Positions 49,431 through 64,000 of a DNA stretch of 64,000 nucleotides are shown piece after piece. Numbering within the stretch: the stretch's first letter is position 1; the number at the start of each line of letters is the position of its first letter. The notes beneath the pieces are model-generated. The model was not told where the DNA came from. It ran no database searches and worked only from the letters and a program-made list of their open reading frames with translations. Source of the stretch: Vicugna vicugna (lineage: Eukaryota); contig MU058337.1 of NCBI GenBank assembly GCA_013265495.1, positions 2,820,686 to 2,884,685 of the forward strand, in the 5' to 3' direction. Made by a program: the position numbers and the translations under genes.

Positions 49431-52411
49431 TTGTTTTCTAACAATTGTTATAGAGAAAACTAAAACTAAGTCTTATGCTTTCTACTAAAGTCATTTCTTT
49501 AAAATCAGATGTAAATTATCAATATTTCAAATATTATCATTAATTTGCCAAGCAATTTTGTAGCAGTCTATTTGAATATATTAAAATATATTTAAAATTA
49601 CTTTGTGTACATTCATTATTTTATACAAGCAGTCTTCAAACTGTGGATTTGTGCTGTAATAAAAGAAAGCTGAGAGTTTATCAACAGTAATGATAATATT
49701 TTAAATGCCAGTTTTCCTGTGAACCTACTTTATGATCATGAAATCAAACGTTTTACATTAAATAACAAATAAATCACTTTGAAAGTTAACATGTATCTTT
49801 TCCGGGAGCAGAAATAGAAAAACTTATTTCAAATGAGTTAATTATAAAATACGTGTGTATCCTCCACTGTTTCCATTGTAGAGAAGCACTGATTTTATCA
49901 TTAAAAATTTTCGTACGTTTTGTGAATTATATAATTTGCTTAGTTTTTGACAGTACTGTGAAAATAGAAAGAAATCAATTTCGTTTTGGATTTCTATCTA
50001 GAATACACTGCTTTCAGCTGGAGAAACGGCAATCAATACCATAAGCGCAGTTTTTTAAATGGAAGTTTTGGCAAAGAGTTCCTAATTCTTCATTATGTGC
50101 ATGAATTTTCCTATGTACATGAATTATGTTCTATGTTTGTGTATTTAAAGATGCACTTTCATAAGCCTAATTTCATTCAGATCTATATGACCTTTTTGAG
50201 CACCTGCTATAAACTTGCCCATTATCTTACCTATTAGAAGTGTTCCCTTACAAATATACTTCTGTTTCCTAAGGCATGGAACACCTCTGACCCTCAGCCA
50301 GATTACTCCTGAGGGCTTACTTCCCAACAAGCATTAACTATATAGGCATTTGATGCTGACTATACAATTTCTTCCTAATATTTATTTCCAAATCCCACGA
50401 TTGGAATACACTTGGAAGAAATGCATATTCTTATCATTATACTGTAGTGTAATATTAAATTTTGCCACTTGTTTGCTTATAGAAGAGTATTAAATAATTT
50501 GTCAATATAAGTGTTTAATTTTTGCTGCATTACATTGACATATTTTACATAGCAATCCTTTAAGATTCTTGCAGTGTATATATGATGTTCCATCTGTTTA
50601 CAGAGCCCTGAAAGCTGCTTAGAACGAATTCTGCATTTCTGACTTTGCAGAGACCATTGCTTTTCCCAGTTAATCTTTGACTAATTAAAAATGCAACTTA
50701 ATTTTAAAGCCAAATATTGTTTGTGACACTCTATGGAATGAATATTCTAGATTTTACTATTTTTTGCACAATTCTTTCCTTAGTTTTGATTTTACATGTA
50801 TGCATACGTGCAGTTGGGCAATAGGGTTTTTCCCCTGTGTTTGTGAGGAAAATGTCATCAGCTGAAGGCTTTGGTTATGAGAAATTCATGTTAGATAGGC
50901 TTTACCTAGGATTTTATCTTAAATGATTAGTTTAGACACAACCTCAATTTTAAACCATAATTCTTCCCAGCCTTCCTTAAAACTCAGTCCAGGTGGGAAG
51001 AAGGAAAAAAAAAAGACATCTTGGCAAACTTGCCTCCTGACTCAGTTTGTAATAAGCATCTTGCTGAGCTCTGCTCCTGAATAATAAAAACACATGTGAT
51101 CTAGCAAAAGATGGACCATAAAACCTTAAATATCCTGTCTATACTAAGAAGATTGAAAAAGGAGACTGGGTCCTTAGTCTGCTGATCCTTTAAAAACAAT
51201 TTCTGGCTTTATGTGTTTCCTTGTCACAATATGAGCACAATTCAAGTGTCTCAATGGTCAAAGCTGCAATTTTGCAAGGTCTGCACGAGCAGAGACTCAT
51301 ATCCGAGGTGTGAATTGGGCGAACAGTCTTCCAAGAGAGACATGGCAGAAAGATGCAGATATCAGTGCTCTGCATGTGATGGAGCTAAATGGTGGGTTTT
51401 TTTAAAAAAATCATCCCAAAATATTACCTCTACAGGAGGTCCTGATCAATATGTCAATTAATTAGATAAATGATGGAAGGTCAGTGAGTGAGGAGAGTAG
51501 GAGATAATTGTATAACAATTCATTGAAGAAAATTAAAAAAAAAAGATCTATTTTACAAAAAAAATAAGACAAAACCTCCAAATCTGAGTTTTTTCCAAAC
51601 ATCTCCTAGTCTGTTTCATTGGGTTAAAGTGTCACCTGTTGGAAAGTTATCAAATGACATTTGAAAGAGAAGATAATGAAAACCAAAGGAAAGGCGTCAA
51701 GATAACTGGCATTCAGCACTTGTATTTAATCTGAAAAAACTAAAACTTTCCCTGGTAACAAAAATAGAAGAGCTAAAATTCTATATATTGTGGAAAAAAA
51801 GGGGGAAAAGTTGCATAAATAAAACTTGAACGGACACAGAGTCATATAGCTAAGTGTTCAGCTTATGTGGTTTGATGTGCTTCAGTTATTGAGACATATT
51901 TTATTTAACAATTCTTTAAGACGCTTGTAGTGTATATTATTTTTAAAACCCTTTCTTTTCAGAACTTGTCAGGGTCAAACATTTTAAAAATCAACATCTA
52001 ACTAAAATGTATAGTGCAGTAGTTTAGTAAGGTCTACATATTTTAAATAGCATACCATGTAAGGTAATAATAATATATGATTTGACAGATATTTTTCTCG
52101 TAACTTATGTGCTTTATAAGCATCTAAAACTGAGATTAGCTCAAGGCAAAACCCCGCCTCCCACCAATTTTTGTGATTTGTAACAGAATAATCATGAATA
52201 TCATACAATGAAAGACTCAAGAAAATAACAGCCCTTGTCGTTGGTTCAGCTGTCTACGGCAATCAGAGTCAACTGAAAATGGGCATAACAGGCATCATTT
52301 GTCTTATACAAACACAGAGGAGACACACAGTTTTCCAGAGAAAGTCAGAAGATTTTAATTTATTATTGAATCCCCCTTTTTCCCCCTCTAATTTAAAAGG
52401 AGGTCAAACTA

Positions 52412-52646
52412 CAGTTGACCCTTGAACAACATGAGTTTTGAACTGTGTGGGTCCACATCTATGTGAATTCTTTTCCGTTGCAAATAGGACAGTGCCACCC
52501 AATCCACAGTTGGTTGAATCCTTGGATGCTGAACCGTGGATCTGGAGAAACCATGGATGTGGAGGGACAACTATTTGTTATACTGGAATTTTTGACTGTT
52601 GGGAGTAGTGGCGCCCCCGACATCCCTGTTGTGAAAGGGTCAACTG
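52412..52646. mobile_element. Tigger2-derived MITE (TcMar-Tigger)
   Basis: Terminal inverted repeats cagttgacccttgaacaac and gttgtgaaagggtcaactg; TA on the left flank. Confidence 0.92.
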
Positions 52647-54370
52647 GTGACTTTGTTTTGTTAGTTTTGCTCTTTTTTTTTTTCTTATTTGTGTTGCTGA
52701 GTGAGCAAAACTTATCTACATTTTTCACTACATAATTCTACATAGAGCAATGAGTAAATTAAAACATACATAAAGCTAAATTAGTTTGTTTTATGTAGGA
52801 TAATCATGCATATGTCCTGCTATTACCACAATAATTTTTTTTCTAATTGGAAAATTTGATTTATATCATTTTCATCAAAGCCTTATTTTTTAAGCTTGAA
52901 CTACCTGTTATTGAGGGAAAGAGGCTGACACGGGTGTTAAATGAAATGGTTATTACCATTCACAGCATCAGCTAGGTTTTAAAATAACTTAAGCCTTAAA
53001 CCTGTCTACTGTGCAAAATGTTGAGCAAAACCATTTTGGTGGACAGAAGCGTCCTGTACTGTGACCGAGCATGGACTTTGGCTGGCAGGAAGGTCACTGC
53101 TACGTGACTTGTTACTTGTGTGGTCGTCATCTGAATGGCCCTCCCCTGCACTAGCATCAGACTTTGGGACTCAGGGAGATTGGGAGGACTGGCCTTACAT
53201 TTCCAGAAAGTTCTGGTGAACCTGAGGTTGGCAGGGTACTGATAACACCGAAAAGGAACTCTTAGGTTGAAACAATTTAGTCTCTATTTCTTCCTACAAG
53301 GTATTTTATCTCAGATGGTGACAAGCACATTAAGACACCTAATGTGTGATCAGAATTTTAAAAAACCACAAAGAGCCCAAGGAGCTTGGATATAAAACCA
53401 TAGGCACACATACTATACTGTTTTCAAACCCATGCAGATTCATCTGATGGTTGATAATTTAAAATAAAGATACAAATTTAAATGCTTAAAAGTCATGATT
53501 TTATTTTCTTTACCTTTGTTAAAGACTGGTGAGAAAAATGACAGAATTTTTTTCAAAATTAATAAAATATTGATATTTTACAATGTTAATGTAAAAAAAG
53601 TTCACAAGTATTATTACTGCCCCTGTGTAAAGACTTTAAATATGATTTAAAATGATAAAGAATGTGACCTGAACCTATATTTTAAGTCGAAAAAATAGAA
53701 GTTTTACTAGAAGTTGTTCCTGATTCTGGAGCAAACTGAGGTGCATATAAACACAAGTATAATTATATTTTCTTCTTAGTCCCAACACTGAGCCTCAAGG
53801 TTGAACTAGTGGGATTGTTTGATGCTTTCATTCCTTTAATACCATGAAATCATTTATTATGAATTTTTCTTTGAGCAAAGTATATTATTTTTATAAACAT
53901 AGTAATAATAATCTATGCTTGTGTGGGAAATTCTCTTCATTTTCATATTTTAAAAAGGGGGAGATTCTTGGGGAAGATGTCAAGCTGGAAAAATCTCCAG
54001 AATTAACCTATTTCATTAAAAAAAAAAAAAAAAAGGGGGTGGGGAGAGAAGAAGACCACAACTCAGAGAGGTAACAGAATTCTACAAGTTTATTCTCCGG
54101 ACTGTTTTGCACCGTCTTATTGTCTGCACACTGTCAACAGCATTGCTGACATGACGCTGCCCAACCCCCCAAATTACCACTGGTTCATCTATTCAGTTAT
54201 TTGTTTGTTTTTTTTTTCATTTTTCCCATTCTCTATATCATATAATCATAGTTGTGACATTATTTATTAAGTTTCTAAAAAGAAGGTTATAAGAAAAGGT
54301 TACTAATTTTGTTCAAAATTTATTTTTCTTAATTTTATTTAATATAAAAATAAATTTTAAAAGGATTTTT

Positions 54371-54522
54371 AAATTTTTTATTTTTTGTTTGTTTGTTTAT
54401 TGGGGGAGGTAATAAGTTTAACTTATTTATATATATATTTTTGGAGGGGGCACAGGGGATTGAACCCAGGACCCTTGTGCATACTAAAGGTGTGCTCTGC
54501 CACTTGAGTTATACGCTCCTCC
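54371..54522 (-). mobile_element. tRNA-derived SINE, camelid vic-1-like
   Basis: ggggattgaacccaggacc...ccacttgagttatacgctcctcc; TSD ttaaaaggattttt / ttaaaaggaattttt. Confidence 0.9.
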
Positions 54523-54674
54523 TTAAAAGGAATTTTTAGAAGGAAGCACTTCTCACCGTGTGAAATCCATCCATATTTCCCATTTCCAAAGGGTCTCAGC
54601 TTTTTTTCTAACATCCATTCCAACAACTTCCTGAAATGTATTTTTGCAAAAGAAAAAGTCTTGTTTTAGAACCA

Positions 54675-54890
54675 TTTTTCCTGGCTACACTAACCTTGCT
54701 GAGATAGCAACGTCATTTCTGGTACCTGCATCCTTGCTGTATTTCCCTAGGCTCAATACCATCCATGCTAGTTTTGTTACGTTCTACCTCATTGACCTGA
54801 TCAAGTTTCTATAAAGTGGGACTTGTTTCTGTTCTAAGTGCTATTCAAAGCACCTGAGAGGGTAGTAGGTAATACTTGGTGAACAGTAAG
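54675..54890 (+). mobile_element. L2 3' end fragment
   Basis: aagtttctataaagtgggacttgtttctgttc...agcacctgagagggtagtaggtaatacttggtgaa. Confidence 0.5.
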
Positions 54891-57800
54891 TCGTGTCAGA
54901 AAAAGAATGAGTAATATTTAAAGATTGGTTTGCATCCACTTAGTTGGAAAGAGATAATATTAGATATAAGATATTGTATGCTTTAAAAATTATATATAAG
55001 ATTTAAACAGTTCATAAAATATAAACAGATAATGCTATAAGGTGCATTATGCTATATCAGTGTATATATTCATTACATATGCTCGATGAATATTATGTAC
55101 AATTCCTGTGACTATTACTGGTTTGTTTCATGAAGAACCCATTATTTAAAGGAAAAGAGTTCTGTCAATACAATGAGTCTTAACACAAGTGTGCTCTATT
55201 CTGAACATATTCTCTCTCCCCTTTGTATTGTTAACCTTCCCTTGTTCTGTTCCGTGTGACATTTCTTTTCTAGGGACTGTGCAAAGACACACAGTCCCAG
55301 CAAGCACATCATCTGTTTGAAGGACATCCAGGGAGGGACGGCCAATTGTGCTGCAGCCAGACTTGTGCTCCACTCCCAGGGGAAAGGGAAGAGGGAGATG
55401 GACATTTGTGCAAGTGCCAAGTGCTCTGATCATTTAACTCAGAGTCTCCACAGGCTGCCACAGCGACATTCTTTAAACCAGTATTCTGGAGATCAATGTT
55501 TTCTTTTTATATTTTTCCTCCTCTTCAAATAAAGCAAATGTCATCATATTTCCAAGAGGCTGAAATTTGCCAATGTAACTCTAGTCTAACGTTTGATTTT
55601 CAAGCTAGGTGTATGGCCACTACATTTAGACCTCCAGTGCAGCTCAATTCTAATAATAAGAGAAAAATTTCCTAAACATGTATGATGATTAAAATAGCCA
55701 AGAATTTCTGTAGACATGCAGCTCTGCGAGGATTCACTGTTACTGAGCCAGTCACTAGCCCAAGAAAGTAGACACTCCCGTTGGCTGACTGATAACGTCT
55801 ACCAAAATCAGCCTTCAGCTTGTGGGAAAATCATGGGGCGAAATGCCTGAAGGGGAGCAAACAAAGTAAGGAAAGGGAGTAGGCAGAGGCCTCACAGCAA
55901 GATTAAAAATCCGAAAATATTCAACATCATGGGACGCTAAGTTTTATATACATGGAAAGACTCTGTTAAAATGTCACAAGACATAAAGAGCATAAACTGA
56001 ACTGCATGGCCCTAGCATATTAATTATAGAAGCAAATGACCTTGCTCTCCTCAGAAGTCAAATCATACAGTTCAAGTGCATCTAGAAATAACTGATATTC
56101 ATAAAGACACTGATTTATAGGACTTAGTACATTGTAAAATAAGAGGCAATGAGCAATGCATTTTGGATATATATAGATACCAAAATAAGTATCATTGAAG
56201 AACAGATGAACAGATGGCTCAAAGTTCCAGATGCCAGGATATGGAGATTTGATGTATCTAGAATTTCATTTCTTGGAAAGTTCTAGATAAACAGTATGTC
56301 CTAATCATTTAATGATGTTTTCCACTTGCAAGTTTCCCCTTTATTTTCTATCTGCTACATGATTTTTTTTTCTTAAAGTACACTCTATCAATTTTTAGCT
56401 ATTATTAGAAATAAGAAACTAGATACCAGTCGCCAATACGCCAACCTAAAAGATAGAAGAATTTCTTTCAAATGTAGTCATAAGTTTAAAAAAATCACTA
56501 GGCTGTTGTATCCACTCCAAATTATATGAACTTGATTTTTGAATGGCAATCAGTATTTCATTTTGTTTACTAGATAGTCCAGTGGTGCCCTGGTTTTTGG
56601 ATAACCTCATCCTGGTTATCCTGGAACTGTAAATAAATATAACATTAACCAGTTAAAATAGCGTGATTAATGCAGCCTTACAACATCCAGCCTTGACATC
56701 TGAAGTGAAATATCTCAGCGCGTGTGTGGGTGTGAGTGTGTGGTGTGCATTTCTGTTTGTAACATAATTATGGTAGTACTTTATCAGAAGGAGTTGTGGT
56801 ACAGAACTTGGACCATTTCTTTCATTTGACTAAGCGTCTGATGAAATGGTGCATTACAAAAAGCAATAGTGCACAGCCGTGGCCTGCCACAGCCAAGAAT
56901 AAATCAGAAGTGATCACTAGTTGAGCTCAATTTCTGAGAAGTTCATTTTCTTCAAGCTGGTATAAACTGACAGGCAGAACCATTTGCCTTAGAGCTTTCT
57001 GCCAGATCCCATTGAGACCAGTGAAACGGCAGCTAGAAAGTTAAATGGATGCCTTAGGCCAGCTCAGTGACTTTCTTCTGCTATTAAAGATCGTGTTACC
57101 AGGGCCTTCTGTTTGCAGATGGCTTTGACACTCCCACACACAAACAAGGAGCCTGGGTTATCTCCTACAGGAATGATGTTTACAATATTAATAAAGGATG
57201 CTGCAGTTTGGAACGTCTGGAAATGAGTCACAGAAAACAGGAAAGCTTTGGACAGCAAACAGTGACTACAGCCGAGCTGTAGACTGGGTCCACCTGCTAT
57301 GTGGGAAGGGGGTAAGAATTCTTAATAATAAGGTCAGCATAATACAGTTATTTGGTAGGAAGGAAGGAGCTGTCCTTGAGGAAGGAGAAAATGGTTTCAT
57401 AAAAACACAACACTGAAAGGCATGTCCTTTCATTGAGTACCTTTGTATTATAATTATCACTGGGATTATTGTATGAAATACACTCTCCTACCTTTTTGCT
57501 TCATGTTTAACACTAACGTTTGTGGCTTTCTACCGTGCATATAAACTTGGAATAATAGGATGGGCTTTGCTGAAATAGAATACCCCAAAATCCTTTTTTA
57601 AATAGGTAGTAGAGAATATATTACAGACAAGAAGCAATGATATGAAATCAAAGGAGATGAGCAGAATAAAGCTCATGAACTGAATGTCATTTCAGCTGTG
57701 ATCGGGTTTTGTTTGGTGGGAGGTGCTGAGCCTCGACTAAGCTCCAAGGCACTGTCCAAGCGCTGTGGTTCTAGGTGGGAGATAACTGGGCACCGGAAAA

Positions 57801-60599
57801 TGCAGTCCCCTGATGGATTTCCAAGCTTGTGTTCGCTTTTAGACATTATGTTTGAATTGGTACCAAGCTCTTATTTGGAAAATGGGTTCAGAAAACATAT
57901 TAGGCAACAAAAGAAGAATTTGAAGTTCATGTATTTATATAGGGTGGACCCCCTTCTTTTCCCCTTTGATAAGGCAGTAGATGAGACTGAAAATACGGGG
58001 AAACATGAGGGGAAGTAGACGAGCAACACATTATGACAGTCGAGTATAAACCGCTAGTTTTGATCTAAGGCTCCAGTTTCTGAAGAGATGAATTCAACCA
58101 AACAAATCTATGTGTTAGGGATTGCACGAGTGATTTATTAACCAAAAAAGAATAATCGGTTTTTATGGAGATCTTAGTGAAATATAACCCCACAACAAAT
58201 CTTAAAATTTTCTGTATAAAAATAATTGTTTTAACTGAAGCAATATCTTAAATGCTCACATTTAGCCTCCATTTGATCAAATATGCTTCAATTAAATGCA
58301 AAATCATATATATAATATATAATCTTATATATACACACAAACCAGCATACTTAGGCACAAAACTTTCCACCTATTTTCTGACTTCTTTTTCCAAATTATA
58401 TAATTATAACAAAACATTGGTTGAATTTTGAAGTTTTAGTGTTAAATACATGTTACCTACAAATATTTTTAACATGTGCATGTATTTGATAATTCTTTGT
58501 TTTCTTGCATTGCTGTTTACCTTTTCCATACATAATTCTTATCTCTGTATTAGTATTTTGCATCTTGACAACTTTCATACATTTTCTGTAGGTTTCAATG
58601 AATCAGTACTCTATTCTTCGTGTTTTTTAAACCATGTTTATATCGTATTTTTGTCGGAGAAATTTAAAAGGCATGTTTTTTCAAATAAAACACCATGTAT
58701 TTTTTAGAAGCATGTTTGCTTTGTTCTTAATAACACTGAATTAAAAATAGATACAATTGTGTTCACTCATAATTCACATTAATTCATAATTGGCAATTAT
58801 TAAATTCACTCAAAATTAATGTTAATTGATAATAGATAATTATTAAGTTGTGGAAGAAACTTCAGGCATTGTAATTAAAAAAAAAATCTGCTTGTACCTC
58901 ATTAAAGGACCTTATGACACTGGTTACTTTTCACCCATTCCTCACTGCTTTTATCGTCACTCTCTCAGTGGCTATATTTTATGTAACAAATAGAAAGCAA
59001 AACTCGCTATTTAGAAAACCAAAGCACGGTTCTAACTGAGTAACATCCAGCTATCTTTGGCTATTTTAAATTAGAAGGTTTATGTTTAGAATTGTGGACT
59101 TTGGGGACCATATATATTTTTAAAGTAGGAGACGTGGATGAATACCTCCACACATATAATTCCTTTAATGAATACAAATAAAGCTTCAGTTAAAATATTA
59201 GCTTGACAAATCTCTTTAATTTAATTCAATAATTCCTTAGCCTTATCTTCTCCACTATAAATACACACCATCCTAAAACCCTTTCATCATCGTCTATTGC
59301 CGTGACCTAAACTAGTACAAATTCGTTCTTTATTCATTGCTGATTCAGTCACTAGAACATTGTTTCCTGTGTAACATTGGATGATGGGGACCAAACTCTA
59401 TGGATATGCTTTTTACAATATGGTGTAAACCATGCATTATGTCTTTGAATTATGTCATTAACATAATTGGTATTCCTTCTAAATTGCACATCTTAAAATC
59501 GCAGTGACGCTTTGCAACATGCTGGCACTGATCATTTAACTTCCCTGCTTCAGTTCACCTATGACAAGCACATTAATCAGTTCTGCTGTTTGTCTGCTGT
59601 CCTATAGTTTAGTGAAAGTAAGCCAAAACAGCTATAACACGTTTATTATTTAAATACAGTATTATTTACATTTATTCTCATGCAGTCAAAAAATAACCAT
59701 GTCATAGATTTTTAAATAATATTTCCTTCAAAATATTATTTTATTTGACGTTGCTATTTGCAACTTAGCATAAGAAATTATCTATTAGACAGCAAAAAAT
59801 AAGTGAATGCAGAGATTTTTGTATTGTACTATTTCATGAGTTGATGAATTTTAATATATTATTTAACTTACATTAATTTTCATTTTATTATTTAACATTT
59901 TGAAGAAGTTTATTTTCAAGAATTTGAAAACAATTTCATCTTAGACCACTTTAATAAAATACACAAAATCTGAATCCATAATAGATATATATTAATGGCT
60001 GGTGACTGATTCCTTGCTTTCATAAAAGGGGATTTTTTAATGATAATTATTCTGAAAAATTTTAAATTCTACCTGAAAAAGCACTGGCAAAACATTTAAG
60101 ATGATAGCATGAAAAAAAGTTAAAAAAAAAAAACTCTTTAGAGACTTGGAATCAGAGAGTCCCTTGTCTCAATCTGAAACTTTAAAGATTTATATTAAGA
60201 TTTCAATCTACAGGAACCTCGGTCCTTGTTTTACTGTCATTGACATCAAGAAGGGACAGTAACACACAGAATCCGAGTATATGCCACCAGCAGAAAACGC
60301 TACAATATATAAAAGTGGTGTCTGGCTTACAGCTTGAATCGACTAGTCCTATGACCCATAACTAACTGACTGTAATTAAATAAACTGAAGATAAATTAAA
60401 TAAATAATACACTAATTTTTTGTGCTTCACGTTTCGATGCTATAATACAGAGACAGATTAGACCAGCTGCTTTGCCATGAACATTGGAAAATGATGGTAT
60501 TGCTGATTCTAATAATGATCATTTGAACCACAGGAAATTGCTGTTTTTATATGTGGACATCACTGAATATTGGCAATTTTCTGTGGCTGAAACTGTGAA

Positions 60600-60810
60600 A
60601 GAGACGCTTTAGTGGTTAAATCAGTAAGCTCAGATGTCACCTCGCCTAGACTGAAGTCTCGGCCTCCTTCGCTGGCTGTGAGACCTCAGGTGAAGCTCTG
60701 TTTTCAGTTTCCTTGACTGCAAAATGTGGAATAACATCACCTACTTCATAGGCTCATTGGAGGATTACAAAACTTATGAAATATGGAAAAATGTAGAATA
60801 GTGCCTATTA
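60600..60810 (+). mobile_element. MIR SINE
   Basis: tagtggttaa...ctctgttttcagtttccttgactgcaaaatgtggaataacatcacctacttcatagg. Confidence 0.85.
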
Positions 60811-62629
60811 TTTTTACATGGAATTAACAACATTGCATGGACATATTAAACTGAACGAATCAAGAGTATCAGGAAGATTCTCAGTAAAATCTCCAAAAAT
60901 ACGTTATTAATTCATTTCCGATGGGATTTTCCCACACCTAACTGGCCCCTTTAATTCTTATTCTCCTGAAATCTCTGGAATGTGGATGTTCTCCCTGTCC
61001 CTTCTCTATTAATTACGCCTCCGATACTTAGGAAAAGACGAAGCACTAAGCACATGCCTCACTCCTGACTTGACAAACACAATCTCGAGCCCTGGTGTCT
61101 GTGAGTCTCTAACGAACGGAGGTCAAAGGAATTATTTAATTTTGTGCTTATCATTTCACACTTTTCACGTGATGGGTTAGTGATTTCACGACCCTGATTT
61201 TTAGCTTCCCAGTCTGTAAAATGAATATAGAAACGTGGGAAAGCAATATGCAAATGCCTTGTAACTTAAGAAGTGAACTCCGGAAATCTAAGCTCAATAA
61301 GCAACAGGTGGAGGAAGCTTTACCACAATCACGTGTCAATGGGAAAAAAGGTGTTCACATATAAAGGCAAATTACAACCTTCTTAGAAATATATGGCTAT
61401 TGGTTAAAGAATGCATCCCTGCAGTGGGACACCTGCTTTTTTGATGTTTTCTAAACACATACGGGCATTTGGGCTATAATCCTTGCCTGAGGTCCTTATT
61501 TAAACAATTTATTCATTATCTCTGTACAAGAGCTAAGGTATCTAAAAATAATCTTATAAAGGCTCTAGATTTGTTTCAAAGAGCCTTGGGATATGGAGGT
61601 TTATTTCGAAAGCTTCTCAACGGGGGAATCTCTTTCCTATGAGAGAATTAAACAGCTCAGAACGTCAAACTTTGATCTCAACTGCTCACAACGTTGAGAA
61701 GTAACATCAAGACAGAATTTCCTTGTTTTTGTCTGCAGTCATGAGCCTCAATAGCAAAGCACAGAAAACCCAAAACATAAAACTGTGACAGAAAGCATTC
61801 TCCAGTGTGTATTTTAGTAATTATCTCACTTTACTCATGATAAATATATGGGAGGCATGGAGAAGGGCAAGTCAGGAATGCAGAATTTAATGTAACGTTT
61901 TGTGTATATTGCGTAAGGTAGATGCCAATTAAAAGATGTGATTTTTGTTTATTTTAATAGCTGTATATAAATCATTTCTAATTACAAAGTAAGGAATGGG
62001 ACCATATTTTCTGAAATCCATTTCAAGCTCAACCAGCCCCAAACAAAATAGCTCAGTGCTCCCCAGACACAGATTCCTTCTGTATAGTTTTATCTCTGCG
62101 ATGCAGATGTCGCTCTGAGGTTTCTGTTACAGGAACAATATCCCAAGAAAACCTTTCCTCCTCAAGGTAATGGAAGTAAAAATAATTTAGCACTGGAACG
62201 TGAAACTTTCAGGTCCCTGTTTAACATTTTCCACTAGTTGGGTTCTTCCTGTCTTTTCTCCTCACTCAGTGTCCCCCTGCCTTTTCCACCTCCTGCTGCT
62301 GCAGCTTAGCCAAAGACGGCTCCTCCTCACGGGTTTGGTGGCATCAGTACATGCACGTGTCCAGTCTTCTTCGTGCCCTCGCTCTCACGGTCAGAGTCCC
62401 TTCAGTTTATGGGTGAGGACACAAAGGCAAGGACAAGTTGAGGACTTAAGTAGGTCTTCGGCGTATTTGCTAATCCCCAAATCATTTTCAATACATGAAA
62501 ATCAAAAATTCCTTTGATTTGTCCAAACGGATTTCCACCTCGAGTGACACATACTTGATAAAAAAGTTTTTGGCCATCTACAGTGTTCCGGCATGCCTGC
62601 CATTTTTCTAGACACTATATGTATGTTTA

Positions 62630-62700
62630 AAAGGAAGGAATGAAGGATGGTAGGGAAGGAGGGAGGGAGGGAGGAAGGAGGAGAGGGGAAACAGAGAAAA
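62630..62700. repeat. GA-rich low-complexity tract
   Basis: GGAA/GGAG-like units read directly. Confidence 0.8.
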
Positions 62701-62701
62701 C

Positions 62702-62808
62702 TGCTCTGTTATTTTTCCATCACTGAGTAACAAATGGCCACACATTTAGCTCAAAATGAAACAGAGTCACCATCACACTGTCTGTGAGTTAGGAAGGTGC
62801 GTTCACAC

Positions 62809-62841
<33 letters not shown>

Positions 62842-63319
62842 GTGGAGGGCGATCTAGAGTCTCTGCTCTCTGTTTCTCTGGACTGAAAACCTGAATTTGA
62901 GATGTCAGCGGCGCTGGGATGTCACGCCCGGCTTAAGGTCCTCTCCCAAGCTTTGCAGGCAGAACTTAGCTCCTAGTGACTGCAGATCAGAGGTCCCATT
63001 GGCTTGTGAGTCTTCAGCAGGGTGTCACTCTCAGCTCCTGGAGGCCACCCTCAGGTCCTAGCGATGTGCCTCTCTCACCAGAGGGCATCACACCTCTTCA
63101 AAGCCAGCAGAGCAGCCTCACTACAGGAGGCTACAGGACGGACTTCCATAACGTAGCAACACCACAGGCATGACTGTTATTCACTTTGGTTAAAAACATG
63201 ATCCAGAGGATGATCTCCCATTATTTTTACCGGTTCCATCCACGCTGTAGGGGACATTATGCAGGGGGGCGGTGCAAGGGCTGGATCTTGGGGACCATCT
63301 TGGAATTCTACCTGCCACA
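62702..63319 (-). mobile_element. MLT1E/F-like MaLR LTR
   Basis: gtaacaaatggccacacatttag...ctctcagctcctggaggccaccctcaggtcct...ggggaccatcttggaattctacctgccaca. Confidence 0.88.
62809..62840. repeat. (TG)n microsatellite inside the LTR
   Basis: Direct read. Confidence 0.95.
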
Positions 63320-64000
63320 CTTTTCCTTATTCTGAGCGCTCTCCTTGGGAGGGACATGTTCAAGAGGCGGACAACAACAGAGAAATATATGTCTAAATCA
63401 TTGAGCATAGAAACGTAGTGATGGGGAACTAAGTCTGAAGAATGGAAACCAGAGAGTGACTCTGGAAGTTAAACAAAGAAACAGGTTCAAGTCCAACATG
63501 GTGAGATTGAACAACTTTTTTTGAAGGCCATAAATTTGGCATTCTTGATAGGCTGCAATATCTACCTTGCAGTTTTATATAGGAATTAAATGAATAATGT
63601 TTTCTCTACCTGGCAGAGAAACTCTTAGTGTCTAATATCTATTATTAGTCAAACTTTCCTGTATATGAAAGCTCTGTCATTATGAGACTAAAATGAATAT
63701 CAGTATATAAGCTAAATATTTTGTGCATCCATGATTATATATTTTTTTCTTTTTTCTTCTGCTTATTGAATTACATGTCACATGATCGGGTGAAGTTTTT
63801 TTGTACATTTGTTTTGGAAGGTCTCGGGAGAATCAAACTCTACAAAGTTCCAAAGGGCAAAGTCCATCACTTTACTCTGAAGTTGTTTCAGGGAACTTTG
63901 ACAGTCAGCGTGCCGTCCAGGGAGTAATGACCACCCTAGAAAGAGGAGTCCTGGCATGCCTGTAGGCAGCTTGAGAGTTACTGAGATGATGAGGTTCACA

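Noticed and set aside
1..64000. Supplied ORFs as protein-coding genes, or any prokaryote-style novel system
   Set aside because: All ORFs are 150 aa or shorter, many start at non-ATG codons and many lie within mammalian repeats. No recognisable cellular protein, operon or CRISPR array is present.

Overview
This is AT-rich eutherian mammal genomic DNA, intronic or intergenic, and not prokaryotic. Three tRNA-derived SINEs (vic-1-like) and short young L1 3' ends point to a camelid (inference). I recognise no protein-coding gene, RNA gene, CRISPR array or operon-like system, and the supplied ORFs are mostly chance ORFs inside repeats. The window is a mosaic of MIR, L2, L3, MLT1/MaLR LTRs, old L1M elements, MER3, a Tigger2-type MITE and microsatellites. 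Repeat family names come from recalled consensus sequences, not a search. Four things stand out. (1) A 1607-bp tandem duplication at 19833-23233 with an A-B-A-B-A' layout and a 59-bp fold-back inversion at its left junction; the variants suggest a templated insertion followed by recent unequal crossover, or an assembly error. (2) A heavily decayed class I ERV interior at about 28590-31880 with collinear RT, RNase H, integrase and env remnants, including an immunosuppressive-domain motif (VLQNHRALD). (3) Patches of AT-to-GC-shifted old L1 sequence suggesting GC-biased gene conversion. (4) A candidate 21-nt microexon on the minus strand inside a repeat-poor block. I found no convincing undescribed biological system.
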